Source: an uncultured bacterium (GTDB taxonomy: Bacteria > Verrucomicrobiota > Verrucomicrobiia > Limisphaerales > UBA8199). From it: a stretch of DNA of 64,000 bases. The stretch is from assembly GCA_963749495.1 (NCBI GenBank), contig CAVVMW010000005.1:192001-256000 (forward strand), read 5' to 3'. Each line of letters starts with the position of its first letter. The stretch's first letter is position 1. Of the stretch, positions 41,122 through 54,799 are shown one piece after another. The notes beneath the pieces are model-generated. The model had not been told where the DNA came from and ran no database searches. It saw nothing but the letters and a program-made list of their open reading frames with translations. Position numbers and translations under genes: made by a program.

Positions 41122-42063
41122 ATGAAACGCAACCTCTTCACCCTCTTTGTCGGGCTGCTGCTGATTGTCATCTTCGGCCTGCTGCTCTTTGTCTTCCAGG
41201 TCCGCCAATCGGAAGTGGCAGTCGTCACGACCTTTGGCAAGCCGACGCGGCCGATAACCGAGGCTGGGGCGCACTTGAAGTGGCCCTGGCCAATCCAGAA
41301 GGTCTATAAGTTCGACAAGCGCACCCAGAACTTCGAGGACCGCCTCACCGAGGGCCCCACCCGGGACAGCTTCATGGTCCTGACCTCCGTCTATATAGGA
41401 TGGGAGATTACGGACCCGACGGCCTTCTTCCCGAAGTTCGCCGGCAGTCTCAATCCCATCGCCGAGGCGGAGACCAAGCTGGAGGAGCGCCTGGGCAATC
41501 TCAAGATCGCCGTCGTCGGCAAGCACGCCCTGTCGGATTTCGTCTCCACGACGGACAACGGGGCGGGCATGCTGGCTATCGAGGACGAGATGCTCAAGGC
41601 CATCCAAAGCCAGGTGGCGACCAACAACTGGGGCCTGGACGTGAAATTCCTGGGCCTCAAGAAGGTCCAACTGCCCGAGGGCGTCAGCAAGACGGTCTTC
41701 GACCGCATGCAGGCCGAGCGCAAGGTCCTGGCCGATGCCTTCCAATCCGAGGGCGAAGCGGAGGCCTCGAAGATCCGCTCCGAGGCCGACCGCAAGGCCG
41801 CTGTGTTGCTCGCGGAGGCCGACAGCCAGGCCACCCAAATCCGTGCCCAGGGCGAAGCCCAGGCGGCCCAGTCGCTGAGCGTGTTTGCCCAGAATCCCGA
41901 CCTGGCCAACTTCATCTTCCAACTCGACGCCCTCAAGGACTCGCTCAAGGAGCGGGCAACGTTGATCTTCGACCAGAACACGCCCCCCTACGGCCTGCTC
42001 CTGGGCGCGTCCAGCAACCTGCTCCGGGGCGCGTCCAGCAACCCGCTGATCAAACAAAAGTAG
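41122..42063 (+). CDS. hflC: HflC-like SPFH protein
   Basis: VVTTFGKP, KWPWPIQ, VFDRMQAER, SEGEAEASKIRSEADR. Confidence 0.85.
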   Translation: MKRNLFTLFVGLLLIVIFGLLLFVFQVRQSEVAVVTTFGKPTRPITEAGAHLKWPWPIQKVYKFDKRTQNFEDRLTEGPTRDSFMVLTSVYIGWEITDPTAFFPKFAGSLNPIAEAETKLEERLGNLKIAVVGKHALSDFVSTTDNGAGMLAIEDEMLKAIQSQVATNNWGLDVKFLGLKKVQLPEGVSKTVFDRMQAERKVLADAFQSEGEAEASKIRSEADRKAAVLLAEADSQATQIRAQGEAQAAQSLSVFAQNPDLANFIFQLDALKDSLKERATLIFDQNTPPYGLLLGASSNLLRGASSNPLIKQK

Positions 42064-42065
42064 TT

Positions 42066-43155
42066 ATGGACGAGCACCCTCTGTTTTCCGGACCGCTGCC
42101 CGGGCCCACCCCGCCCGAGACGCCGGTCGATGCCGGTTCGCAGGCCCTGTCCGAGGCCCTGCGCAGCAGCTTTGTCGTCGTCAAACTTCTGATGCTCGGG
42201 CTTGTAGCCCTGTTCATCGCGTCGGGCCTCTTCGTAGTCGGCCCGCAGCAGCAGGCGATCATCCTGCGATTTGGCCGGCCGTTGGCCCAGGGCCGGCAGG
42301 CCCTGCTGGGCCCGGGCCTCCACTGGTCCTTTCCTTCCCCCATCGATGAGCCGGTCAAGGTCTCGATCTCCGGCATCCAGCAGGTCAAGTCCACCATCGG
42401 CTGGTTCGCCGTCACCCCCGAACAGGAACTCTCCGGCAACGAACCCCCAGCCCCGTTCGGGTTCCCGCTCGACCCGGTCCTGGACGGCTCCATCATCACC
42501 GCCGACGCGAACATCATCCACGCCCGCGCCACGCTGACCTATTACATCAGCGACCCGATCAACTACCTCTTCAACTTCGCCAATGCCTCGAACACGGTGC
42601 AGAGTGCCCTCGATAACGCCCTGCTTTACACCGCCTCGCGCTTCAAGGTCGATGACATTCTCAAGGGGGACGTGCTCGGCTTCAGAGACGCCGTGCGCAG
42701 GCGGGTTGCCGCGCTGGTCCAGCAGCAGGGCCTGGGAATAACCATCGACGACTGCGTCATCCTCAGCCGGCCGCCGCGGCAGTTGAAGCAGGACTTCGAG
42801 AGCGTCAACGCGGCCGACACGCGGCGCAACACCTTGATTACCGAGGCAAGGGGCTACGAGATCCAGACGACGAACCACGCCGCCGCCGAGGCCACCTCCC
42901 GCATCAAGCTGGCCGATTCCGAACGCGCCGTGTATGTCGCCGACATCTGCGCCCGCGCCAAGCAGTTCCAGGAGTTGCTCCCGCGCTACAACGAAAACCC
43001 CGCCCTCTTCGTCCAGCAGCGCCTGGTCAACACGCTGGGCTCCTGCATGACCAACCTCCAGGACAAGATCTTCGATCGCCAACCAACCCGGCGGCCACCA
43101 GGAACTGCGGCTCATGTTGAACACCGAACTGCCCAAGGCCAAGGAAGAGAAATGA
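42066..43155 (+). CDS. HflK-like SPFH protein (probable frameshift near 43078)
   Basis: One TM helix, ILRFG..PGLHWSFPSPIDE, ITADANIIH, PPRQ; tail ELRLMLN..* in the adjacent frame. Confidence 0.82.
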
Positions 43156-43189
43156 AATCCAAAATCCGAACCTCGATTATATTGACATC

Positions 43190-45211
43190 ATGCAAGTGAC
43201 TTCTCTTTTAAGCCGCCAGCACGAAGACGGGCAGGAGGCCTCCTGCCCTCCGTGCGGCGAGGACCATGAGCACGCCCCGGTCCGCCTGTGGCAGACCCTC
43301 TTGGGAGTGGTCTGCGTGGTGAACGCGTTTATCGTGGATTGGGCCTTGGAGAAGGGCCAAACGGTGGCCAGCGCCAGCGCGTTCATTGGCGCCATCACTC
43401 TCGGTTACCCCATCGTCTGGACCGCCATCAAGGACCTTTACCGCGGCATCCTCAGCATCAACGAGCTGGTCGCTATCGCCGTGCTGGCGGCCTTTGCCTC
43501 GACCGATTACAAGACCGCCGGTGTGGTGGCCTTCTTCATGCTCATGGGCGAGATCATCGAGACCCGCACGGCCGAGGGGGCGCGCGCCTCGATCGAATCG
43601 CTCATCCGGCTCACGCCCACCAAGGCGCGGCGCCTGACCCCGTCCGGCGAGGAGGAGGTGCCGGCGCAGCAATTGGCCGTGAACGACCTCATCCGCATCC
43701 GGCCCGGCGACAACGTCGCGGCTGACGGCGTCATCGTGAGCGGGCAGGGGTCGTTCAACCAGGCCACCATCACGGGCGAGTCGCTGCCGGCGGACAAGAA
43801 GCCCGGCGACGAGGTCTTCGCCGGGACGCAGAACCTGACCGGGGTGCTGGAGATCAAGGTGACGCGCGCGGGCGCGGACACCACGCTGGGCCGGGTGCGC
43901 GAGTTGATCCTGGCGGCCGAGAAGACCCGGCTTCCCATCATGAAGATCGTGGACCAATACATGGGTTTCTACACCCCGCTGGTCCTGGTCATCGCCGCGC
44001 TGGTTTGGGCCTTCACCAAGAACCTCAACAACGTCATCTCGGTCATCATCTTCAGTTGCCCGTGCGCTTTCATCCTGGCCACCCCCACGGCCATGGTCGC
44101 CGCCCTGTCGGCCGCCGCGCGCCTGGGCATTCTCATCAAGAACGTGGCCGACATCGAAATGGCCGCCAAGATCAACGCCTTCATTTTCGACAAGACCGGC
44201 ACGCTGACCACGGGCGAACTGGCGGTGAGCCGGCTGGCGCCCCTGGGTGAGACCAAACCTGCCGAGTTGCTGCGCCTGGCCGGCTCGGCCGAGAAATACA
44301 GCAACCACCCGACGGCCAAGGCCCTGGCCCAACTGGCCGCCGAGGCCGGCGTGCCCCTGGTCGAGCCCAAGGACTTCTCCGAGGCCGCCGGGCGCGGCGT
44401 CAAGGCCCAGGTCAACGGTTCGACCATCCTGGTCGGACGCGCGCAATGGCTCCGGGACAACCAGGTCACCGACGATTTCATGAAGTCGGTCGACCTCAAT
44501 GAGACCGAAGGCTGGAGCCTCATCTTCGTCGCCCGCGACCGCCGCTGCGTCGGGTGGGTCGGCCTCCAGGACCAGACCCGGGCCGAGGCCCGCCAGTCGC
44601 TCTTGGAATTGAAGGAGAACGGCGTGCGGCGGGTGGCGATGGTCTCCGGCGACCGCCAGCCGGTGGCCCTGCGCGTGGCCCAGCAAATCGGGTGCGAGGA
44701 GGTCAAAGGCGAGTGTCTGCCTCAAAACAAGGTCGAGTTCGTCCGCAGCGTCAAGGCCAAGGGCTTCAAGGTGGCGGTGGTGGGCGACGGCGTCAACGAT
44801 GCCCCGGCCCTGGCGGCCGGCGACATTGGCATCGCCATGGGCGCCGCCGGCAGCGAGGTGGCCATCCACAGCGCGACCATCGCCCTCATGAACAACGACC
44901 TGCGGCGCCTGCCCTTCCTGGTCAAGCTCTCGCGCAGCACCCGCTCGGTCATCAACCAAAATTTCCTGTTTGGCGTCGCCTTCATCATCGGCGGCATGAC
45001 CCTCGCCGCCCTGGGCCGGGTCCCGCCCATCGTGGCCGCAGCCCTGCACACCGGCGGCTCCCTCATCGTCGTGTTCAACAGCGCCCGCCTCGTGCGCAAG
45101 GGCGAGGAACTCGAGCACTACCAACCCCAGCCCGCTGCCCCCGCCAAACCGGCCCCCCCGGCGCTCCAACCCCCCCAACCGCAGCCCGAACTGGCCGCCA
45201 AAGGAGCATGA
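43190..45211 (+). CDS. P1B-type (heavy-metal) P-type ATPase without an HMA domain
   Basis: TGES, SCPC, DKTGT, HP, SGD, GDGVNDAPAL. Confidence 0.95.
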   Translation: MQVTSLLSRQHEDGQEASCPPCGEDHEHAPVRLWQTLLGVVCVVNAFIVDWALEKGQTVASASAFIGAITLGYPIVWTAIKDLYRGILSINELVAIAVLAAFASTDYKTAGVVAFFMLMGEIIETRTAEGARASIESLIRLTPTKARRLTPSGEEEVPAQQLAVNDLIRIRPGDNVAADGVIVSGQGSFNQATITGESLPADKKPGDEVFAGTQNLTGVLEIKVTRAGADTTLGRVRELILAAEKTRLPIMKIVDQYMGFYTPLVLVIAALVWAFTKNLNNVISVIIFSCPCAFILATPTAMVAALSAAARLGILIKNVADIEMAAKINAFIFDKTGTLTTGELAVSRLAPLGETKPAELLRLAGSAEKYSNHPTAKALAQLAAEAGVPLVEPKDFSEAAGRGVKAQVNGSTILVGRAQWLRDNQVTDDFMKSVDLNETEGWSLIFVARDRRCVGWVGLQDQTRAEARQSLLELKENGVRRVAMVSGDRQPVALRVAQQIGCEEVKGECLPQNKVEFVRSVKAKGFKVAVVGDGVNDAPALAAGDIGIAMGAAGSEVAIHSATIALMNNDLRRLPFLVKLSRSTRSVINQNFLFGVAFIIGGMTLAALGRVPPIVAAALHTGGSLIVVFNSARLVRKGEELEHYQPQPAAPAKPAPPALQPPQPQPELAAKGA

Positions 45212-45264
45212 CGCCGAATGACGAATGACGAATGACGAATGACGAATGACGATCAGGCTGGGTT

Positions 45265-46493
45265 ATGATTGCTGATCCCCCACTCCGCACTCCGCACTCG
45301 ACATTCCGCACTCGGACGCTCCGCACTCGGAGACGGTGGTTTCCGTTGCCGGCCTGACGAAGGTCTTCAAGGATTTCTGGGGACGGCCCAAGGCCCGGGC
45401 GGTGGACCGTGTGGATTTCGAGGTTCGGCGGGGCGAGGTCTTCGGCCTGCTCGGGCCCAACGGCTCGGGCAAATCCACGACGGTCAAGTTGATCTTGGGC
45501 CTGCTCCATCCTACCCGGGGCCACATCGAGGTCTTTGGCCATTCGCCGCGGCACGTGGCCACCAAGGCCCGCATCGGCTACCTGCCCGAGGAGTCCTATC
45601 TCTACCGTTACCTGGACTCGAGGGAGACGCTGGACTTTTTCGGCAACCTCTTCGAGTTGCCGCGGGGCCAGCGCGCCAACCGCAGCGAGCAGTTGCTGGA
45701 GATGGTCGGCCTCAAACAGGTCCAGCGGCGCGCCGTGGGCGAGTTTTCCAAGGGCATGCAGCGCCGCATCGGCCTGGCCCAGGCGCTCATCAACGACCCG
45801 GACCTGGTCATCCTGGACGAACCGACCTCCGGGCTGGATCCCATCGGCTGCCGCGAGGTCAAGGACCTCATCCGGGCCCTGGCACGGCGCGGCAAGACCG
45901 TCCTCCTCAGCAGCCACCTGCTGGCTGATGTCGAGGACGTTTGCGACCGGGTCGTCATTTATTACGGCGGCAGGATTCAGGCCATGGGCAGCCTGAGCGA
46001 GTTGCTGGCCACGCCCGACTCGATCCGCATCACCACCCCCGCGCTCCCGCGCCAAACCATGGCGCGCGTCCTGGACCTCATCCGCAACGACGTGGCCGAG
46101 GACAAGGTCCGCATCGATACGCCCACGCAGAACCTGGAGAACTACTTCCTGGAGGTCGTCAGAAAGGCGCGGCAGGCGGCGGCCGAGACCTCCGGGGCGG
46201 TGTCCGGCGCGCGGGTGGCCGCCTATTTGCGCGGCGAGGCCGAGGGCCAGCCTGCAGGCGACAAGGTGCTGGAGCGGCTCGCCCAGGCCCCGGCGGCTCC
46301 GCTCCCGGTCCCGGCCCCAGCCTCCGAGCCGGCCCAGAAGGTGGACCAGGAAAAGCTCGAGGCCCTGGCCAAGGCCCCAGCCCCCGTTGGCCCGGTCCCG
46401 GCACCCGCCCCCGAACCGGACAAGGCGGCCCAACTCGACCAGGCCAACCAGAAGCTGGCGGCGCTCCTGGGACAGCCGGGAGAACGAAAGTGA
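45265..46493 (+). CDS. ABC transporter ATP-binding protein (start ATG 45265 with a 1-base indel, or GTG 45336)
   Basis: GPNGSGKST, FSKGM, ILDEP, SSH; Pro/Ala-rich tail; N-terminus encoded by CCGCACT heptamers. Confidence 0.92.
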
Positions 46494-46590
46494 GTAGAAG
46501 AGCATATCGAGGCCCCTGTGCGAGGCACCGCGTAGCGGTGCCTGAAGGTAGCCGTGGACTTCCAGTCCACGGATCTCCTTGCGGATTCTA

Positions 46591-47989
46591 ATGCAACGTC
46601 TCTACGCCATCACCTGGCTGACCTGGAAGGCCGCCTTTCGTTTCCGGCTCTTCCTGGTCGTTGCGGTGTTGCTGGTGGTCGGGGTGGTCGCGTTGCCGCT
46701 CATGGTCAAGGACGACGGCACGGCGCGCGGGTTCACGCAGATCCTGCTGACCTACACGCTCACGGCCATCACGGCGTTGCTGGGGTTGTCGACCCTCTGG
46801 CTGGCCTGCGGAACGCTGGCACGCGACATCGAGGAATGCCAGGTGCAGTTGGTCGCCGTCAAGCCCATCGCCCGCTGGCAGATCTGGCTGGGCAAGTGGC
46901 TGGGCATCGTCTCGCTCAACGCCCTTTTGCTGGCCTTGTCCGGGGGCTGTGTCTATGGCCTGTTGCTCTGGCGCGCCAGCCGCCTGCCCCAGGACGAACA
47001 GCAGAAACTGCGCAACGAAGTCCTCGTCGCACGCGCCTCGGCCCGCGAACCCAACTTCGACAAGGCCATCAATGCCCGCACCGAGCAGGTGCTCCGCCAG
47101 CGGCTCGAGCAGAATCCTCACCTGGGCAAGGCCGACCTCGACGAGGTCAAGAAGCAAATCCGCGAGAACATCAAGGCCGCCTATCAACTGGTCCTGCCCG
47201 GCTACCAATCCCGCCCCTGGCGCATCAACCTGGGCCTGGCCCGCTACCGCCTGCGCGGCCAACCTCTGTTCCTGCGCGTCAAGTTCAACGCCGCGGACAA
47301 GAGCCCCTCCGGCACCTACGGCGGCGTCGTCCGCGTCGGCGTGCCGCAAAAGACCCGGCTCTGGGAGAGCCCGCCCATGAGCATGGCTGCCGATACCTTT
47401 ATTGAGATGGAGCTTCCCCCGGGTCCCCGGACCTCTTCGACGAGGAAGGCGTGCTGACGGTCCTGTTTGGCAATCCCAACGACACCGCGCTGCTCTTCCC
47501 CTCGAGGACGGCGTCGAGGTCCTCTATCGCGAAGGCGGCTTCGGCCTCAATTTTGCGCGCGGGCTGGGCGTCATTTTGTGCTGGATGGCGCTGCTGGCCG
47601 CGCTCGGCCTGGCCGCCGCCAGCCTGCTCTCCTTCCCGGTGGCCGCCTTCTTTTCGCTGGGCTTGCTGGTGATGGCCTTGTCCAGCAACACGCTGGCCGG
47701 AGCGGTCGAGGAAGGCACCATCGCCGGCTATAACGCCGAGCGCGGCACCAAGGGCTCCTCCCCGGCGGATGTCCTGGTCATCCCGGCCTTTCGCGCCGCC
47801 CTCAGGCTCATCCACCTCGCCCTGGACTTCTCGCCTGTCAATTCGCTGAGCACCGGCCGGAGCGTCACCTGGGGCCAGCTCGGCCTGGCCTTTGGCGAGA
47901 TCGTCCTGCTCATGGGCGGCTCGCTCTCCCTGGTGGGCATCGTCATCTTCACCCGCCGCGAGCTGGCAACCGCGCAAGCAAACCAGTGA
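46591..47989 (+). CDS. ABC permease with a large extracytoplasmic loop (frameshifts near 47430-47500)
   Basis: RDIEE..KPIARWQIWLGKW; C-terminal IFTRRELA; split over frames. Confidence 0.82.
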
Positions 47990-47991
47990 TG

Positions 47992-48212
47992 AGTCCACAG
48001 TCCACAGTCCACAGTCCACAGTCGCGAGCGTTCCGCGCTCCGTCCGCGGACTGTGGACTGCGAAATCTGAGATTTGAAATCCCGGATTTGAAATCTGATA
48101 TCCGGACTGTGGACTGTGGACTGTGGACTGCGGACTGCGGACTGTGGACTGTGGACTGTGGACTGTGGACTGCGGACTGTGGACTGTGGACTGTGGACTG
48201 TGGACTGTGGAC
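47992..48212. repeat. (TCCACAG)n / (CTGTGGA)n inverted heptamer arrays with a nested GATTTGA-type repeat
   Basis: About 4 copies, then about 15 inverted copies; AAATCTGAGATTTGAAATC.. in between. Confidence 0.92.
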
Positions 48213-48218
48213 TAACTG

Positions 48219-49734
48219 ATGAGCCCCAAACTGAGCAAACCCATCCTGCTGGCGCTGATCGTGGTGCTCCTGTCGGCGGTGTTCGCCCTCCAGGGGTCGT
48301 TGAACCGCGACCGCGACCGGTTCGGCCTGACCCGCGTGGAACCGTTGGACAACGCCCCGCCGGTCCTGGCCTTCACGACGGTCGCCCTGGGCGGGTTCCG
48401 CGGTCTGATCTCGAACTTGCTGTGGATGCGCGCCACCGACCTCCAGGACCAGGACAAGTTCTTCGAGATGGCACAGTTGGCCGATTGGATTACCAAACTC
48501 GAACCGCACTATGTCCAGGTCTGGCTCGTCCAGGCCTGGAACATGGCCTACAACATCTCGGTCAAATTCACCGACTTCGCCGACCGCTGGCGCTGGGTCA
48601 AGCGCGGCATCGAGTTGCTGCGCGACGAGGGCCTGCGGTACAACCCGAACGAAGTGCTGATGTACCGCGAACTGGCATGGTTCTTCCAGCACAAGATGGG
48701 CGCCAACCTCGACGACGCCCACATGCATTACAAGCAGCAATGGGCCAACGAAATGGCCGAGGTTTTCGGCAAGCGCAGAAAGCCCAATCTGGACGAACTA
48801 ATCAACCCGCAAAATCCCGACCAGAAGGCCCGCGCCCTGCTCCTGGAGAAAAAATACAAGATGGACCCGCGCCTCATGAAAGAGGTCGACCAGAGCTACG
48901 GCCCGCTGGAGTGGCGCCTGCCGGAGGCCCACGCCATCTATTGGGCCTACAAGGGCCTCCAGGCCGCCGCCAACAACCCCGCCAGGATCAAACCCGAGGA
49001 CCTCATCACCCTCCGGCGCGTCATTTACCAGTCCATGCAACTGAGCTTCCAGCGCGGACGCCTGGTCGAAAACCCCTTCGCCGGCGGGTTCGAGTTCGGC
49101 CCGAACCTCGACATCATCCCCAAGGTCAGCGCCGCCTACGAGCAGGCCGCCACCGAGGACGCCGCCAACCACGACCACATCCTCATCGCCCACCGCAATT
49201 TCCTCAAGGACGCTGTTCTATTTCCTCTACGAATACAACCACATCTCCGATGCCGCCCGCTGGTACCAATACCTGGGCCAGCAATACCCGACCAACTCGG
49301 TCCTTGATTTCGACAACACCTCCCTCCCCAGCAAGGTCAGCCTCGACCGCTACTGCATCTTCCGCATCCAGGACGACGCCGACGGCACCCCGCGCGACCG
49401 GCTCACGGGCACCATCGAGGGACTGATCTGGCACTGTTACGCCAGCATCGCCATCGGGGAAAACGACCACGCCCTGGGCTACAAGCTCCTGGCCCGTAAA
49501 CTCTGGGACAATTATATGAACCGCATCCCGGCGGACCGCCGCCCGGCCGTTGGGCTCGACCCCTTCGAGGACATTGATAAGAGGGTGCTCCGCCGCGTGC
49601 TGGACCCTGAGACCGGCGCCTCGCCCGAGATCCGCGCCATCCTCCGCTCCAAGCTGGGCCTGGGCGCCGAGGAGATGCCCGGCCCAGCCCCCGCCCCCGG
49701 CACCAATGCCCCGCCCGAAAAGCCGCAGGCGTAG
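48219..49734 (+). CDS. Conserved hypothetical membrane-anchored helical protein (frameshift near 49220)
   Basis: N-terminal TM helix; LGGFRGL..LWMRA, WITKLEP, AWNMAYNISV, WRWVKRGIELLRDEG; the frame continues after the shift to a stop at 49734. Confidence 0.8.
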
Positions 49735-49845
49735 CTCATTTGGACTGCGCCCGTCCTCGGGCTGAAGGCCCGAAATGTGACAGAGACTCGCCCGGCTCTG
49801 AGATGTGCTAAAATGATGTGTTGAAGCAGAGGGTGCGGCGGGCGT

Positions 49846-50511
49846 ATGATGATGCGTGTGAATTTCCGATTCGATGTTACCAAAGCCACGGAAGTGGCTT
49901 GTCAGTTCCTCAAGCGAGAGGGCGGTTCCATCAACGTCATGAAGCTGGTCAAGCTGGTTTATTTGCTGGACCGGCTCTCGGTGGCGCAACGCAGCATCCC
50001 GGTTGTCGGAGGCGCTTATTTTTCCCTCCCGAACGGGCCGATTACGAGCGAGTTCCTGGACCTCATCAATTCCGGCCTCCTGTGGGGCCTTCCGGAATGC
50101 CGCTGGGAGGAGTTCATCGGTGACCGCCAGGACCACCAGGTGGCGCTCCTCAAGGACGCTGGAGACGAGCACTTGTCAGAGTCAGAGATCGAGTTGATTG
50201 AGGCCCTCTATCGGGAGCACGGAAAGAAGAACCAATGGGAGCTGCGCAACTGGTGCCACGAGCACTGCGAAGAGTGGACCCCGCTGGAGGAAGGCCGCGA
50301 GCGCATTGGCCTTGACCGCATCGCCCGGGCGGTTGGCAAGACCGACGAGCAGATTGCCAGGCTCCAGGAGCGAGCCGCAGAACTGAAATTGATCCAACGG
50401 GGCGTGTTTACCGAAGTAAGGCCTGTACCGCCTCCAACGCTTCAGAGAATACTCCAGAGCGCGCGCCGCAGCCGCGAACTGTCTGCTGACAAGAAGCGCA
50501 TGGTGGGTTGA
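49846..50511 (+). CDS. SocA/Panacea (DUF4065) domain protein
   Basis: MKLVKLVYLLDR, GPI, WELRNWCH..EW. Confidence 0.82.
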   Translation: MMMRVNFRFDVTKATEVACQFLKREGGSINVMKLVKLVYLLDRLSVAQRSIPVVGGAYFSLPNGPITSEFLDLINSGLLWGLPECRWEEFIGDRQDHQVALLKDAGDEHLSESEIELIEALYREHGKKNQWELRNWCHEHCEEWTPLEEGRERIGLDRIARAVGKTDEQIARLQERAAELKLIQRGVFTEVRPVPPPTLQRILQSARRSRELSADKKRMVG

Positions 50512-50697
50512 GAGTTGCGCGCCACAGGGCCGCGGGAACCCGGACTGTCATAGGAATTGGCCATTGCCACTTGAGCGTTGAGTGGCCCTCCAACGCCGTC
50601 TTTTCTAAGCGCAGCCCTGGAAAAGACCAAATACGCGAATTTGCGCCCCTGACCCCTCCGTGACCCCTTCACGGGCGGTTGGGGGAGGCTTCGCGCC

Positions 50698-50907
50698 TCA
50701 GGCAACGGCGTTTAGTCCGCGGCTGGTGATGGTGGGCGCCTGCGTGGGCTGCGGGGCCGAGTGGGTAATCTGGGCAGCTTGTTGGCGCGCCAGTTTACGG
50801 ATGGCTTGCTGATCCCCTTTGGCGGCCTCCGCCTTGGTTTGTGTGGCCGTCTCTAATGCTTCCTGGGCCGTGCTGGCCGCGGAGGCCTGTATGCTCGATG
50901 TGATCAT
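50698..50907 (-). CDS. Small hypothetical protein
   Basis: 69-aa Ala/Gln-rich ORF (ETATQTKAEAAKGDQQAIRKLA). Confidence 0.5.
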   Translation of the reverse strand: MITSSIQASAASTAQEALETATQTKAEAAKGDQQAIRKLARQQAAQITHSAPQPTQAPTITSRGLNAVA

Positions 50908-51267
50908 ATTGTATGGTGGTTTTGTGTTTTATGTGGCGCGGGGGTGTGCCCGCAGCGGCACGGTTTGCAACTCATGCCATGATCATCGGTCAGATCCCCG
51001 GAAGCTTGAATTGAAGTTTCGTCACCGGACAGGACGCAAAGAGAAAGGGCTGGCCATTGGCGAATGGCGGCGGCGGTGATTTCGCCGAGTGGCCCCGTCA
51101 TTTGCCTGGCGGCAACGTTCGCGAAAGAGAATTCGGGCTGGAGCAAGGCAGGGAGCGCGGAACCGCTCAACAGGGGGAGGTCCAGCGTCGCATTGTGCGG
51201 GAGCCAAACGAGGGAACAGAGGGACCGGGGTTTGACCGGCCGGTGTTTGTGCATTACAGATTGGGAA

Positions 51268-52306
51268 ATGAAGACTCCGACCCTCGGCAAGGCCCTTCTC
51301 TTGCTCGCCATCACGCCGTGGTTCACGGGTTGTTCCAGCCTCGCGCCCCATTCGCGGCCGACGCAGTTGGGCGTTGCGGACCTCGGCCGGCCGCGCTTCC
51401 GCCCGACGCCACGGCCGCCAGTCCGCTCACCGGTACGCCGCAAACGCGAACTCCGGAATACCAGCCGGAACGCGGCGCGGTGGGCGCAGGCTCGGATGGG
51501 TGGCTGGAGGATCGGGGGCATTTCCAGTGGACCAAAGCGGACTCGGATAGGGTTGGCCCCGCCCCAACGGACGCTAGGGCCGGGAACGAGAGCATCTTCT
51601 CCAGAGGGTACTGGAGGCTTGTTGGGCAGGACGTCGTGGCCAGCGTCACGGCGCCGGCGCACTGGGATACGCGGGACTGGCTGGTCTTCGGCGGAGTAGT
51701 CGCGGGGGTCGGCACCGTGGCGGTCTTCGACGAGGATATCCAGCGGGCGGTGCAGCGGAACCGCAACGGCACTGTGAACAGCATCTTCAACGCCGTGGAA
51801 CCGTTCGGCAACGAATATGCGCCGGCGGTACTCGGGGCATTTTATGCGGGGGGCGAGCTTTTCAAGGACTCGCGGGCGAAAGTCGTCGCCTTGGATGGCG
51901 CTTCCGCCAGCATCATTGCTTCGGGCTTCCTGCTTCAGCCGCTGAAGTACGGCATCGGGCGAAGCCGACCGGGCGCCGGCGCGGGCGCCTATGATTCTCA
52001 TCCGTTCAGCGGCGCAGACTCCTTTCCGTCCGGGCACGCCACCGAGGCCTTCGCACTCGCCACGGTAATAGCGGAACACTACGACTCGCTCTTGATCAAG
52101 CTGACCGCCTACGGGGTGGCCAGCGCCGTGGGCTATGCGCGCGTGAACAACAATGCGCATTGGGCCTCGGACGTCCTCGCCGGCGCCGCCCTGGGCACCT
52201 TTGTCGGCCACGTCGTCGTGCATTACAACCTCGCCCGAAGGAATATCTCGCTCGCGCCCCTTGTGGCCCCGGCTTTCAAGGCGTCCAGTTCACGCTCTCC
52301 TTCTGA
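51268..52306 (+). CDS. PAP2 phosphatase family protein, putative lipoprotein (frameshifts near both ends)
   Basis: FTGC lipobox-like motif; K..IGRSRP, SFPSGH, RV...AHWASDV. Confidence 0.85.
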
Positions 52307-52384
52307 GACCAGCGCGAAGGGCCTCTGCCGGAAAGCGCCGCGCCTGGAAAAGACCCAATATGCGAATGTGCGCCACTGACCCCT

Positions 52385-54782
<2,398 letters not shown>

Positions 54783-54799
54783 CTCACGCTCTCCCTCTC

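Noticed and set aside
39871..45178. Long antisense and alternate-frame ORFs (e.g. 39871-42057, 43208-45178, also 15469-17376 and 37422-39128)
   Set aside because: Shadow ORFs of GC-rich genes that have clear motifs in another frame.
45265..45336. Phase variation of the ABC ATPase by heptamer copy number
   Set aside because: One extra C in the CCCCC run restores the frame, which matches the window-wide indel pattern.
47992..48212. CRISPR array (also 14005-14209 and the GloVer repeats)
   Set aside because: These are short tandem or coding repeats with no unique spacers, and no cas genes are present.
51030..51090. c-di-GMP-I riboswitch (GGACGCAAAG..GCCGAG)
   Set aside because: The 5' GGCAAAC and GNRA hairpin half is not evident; an Rfam covariance search would be decisive.
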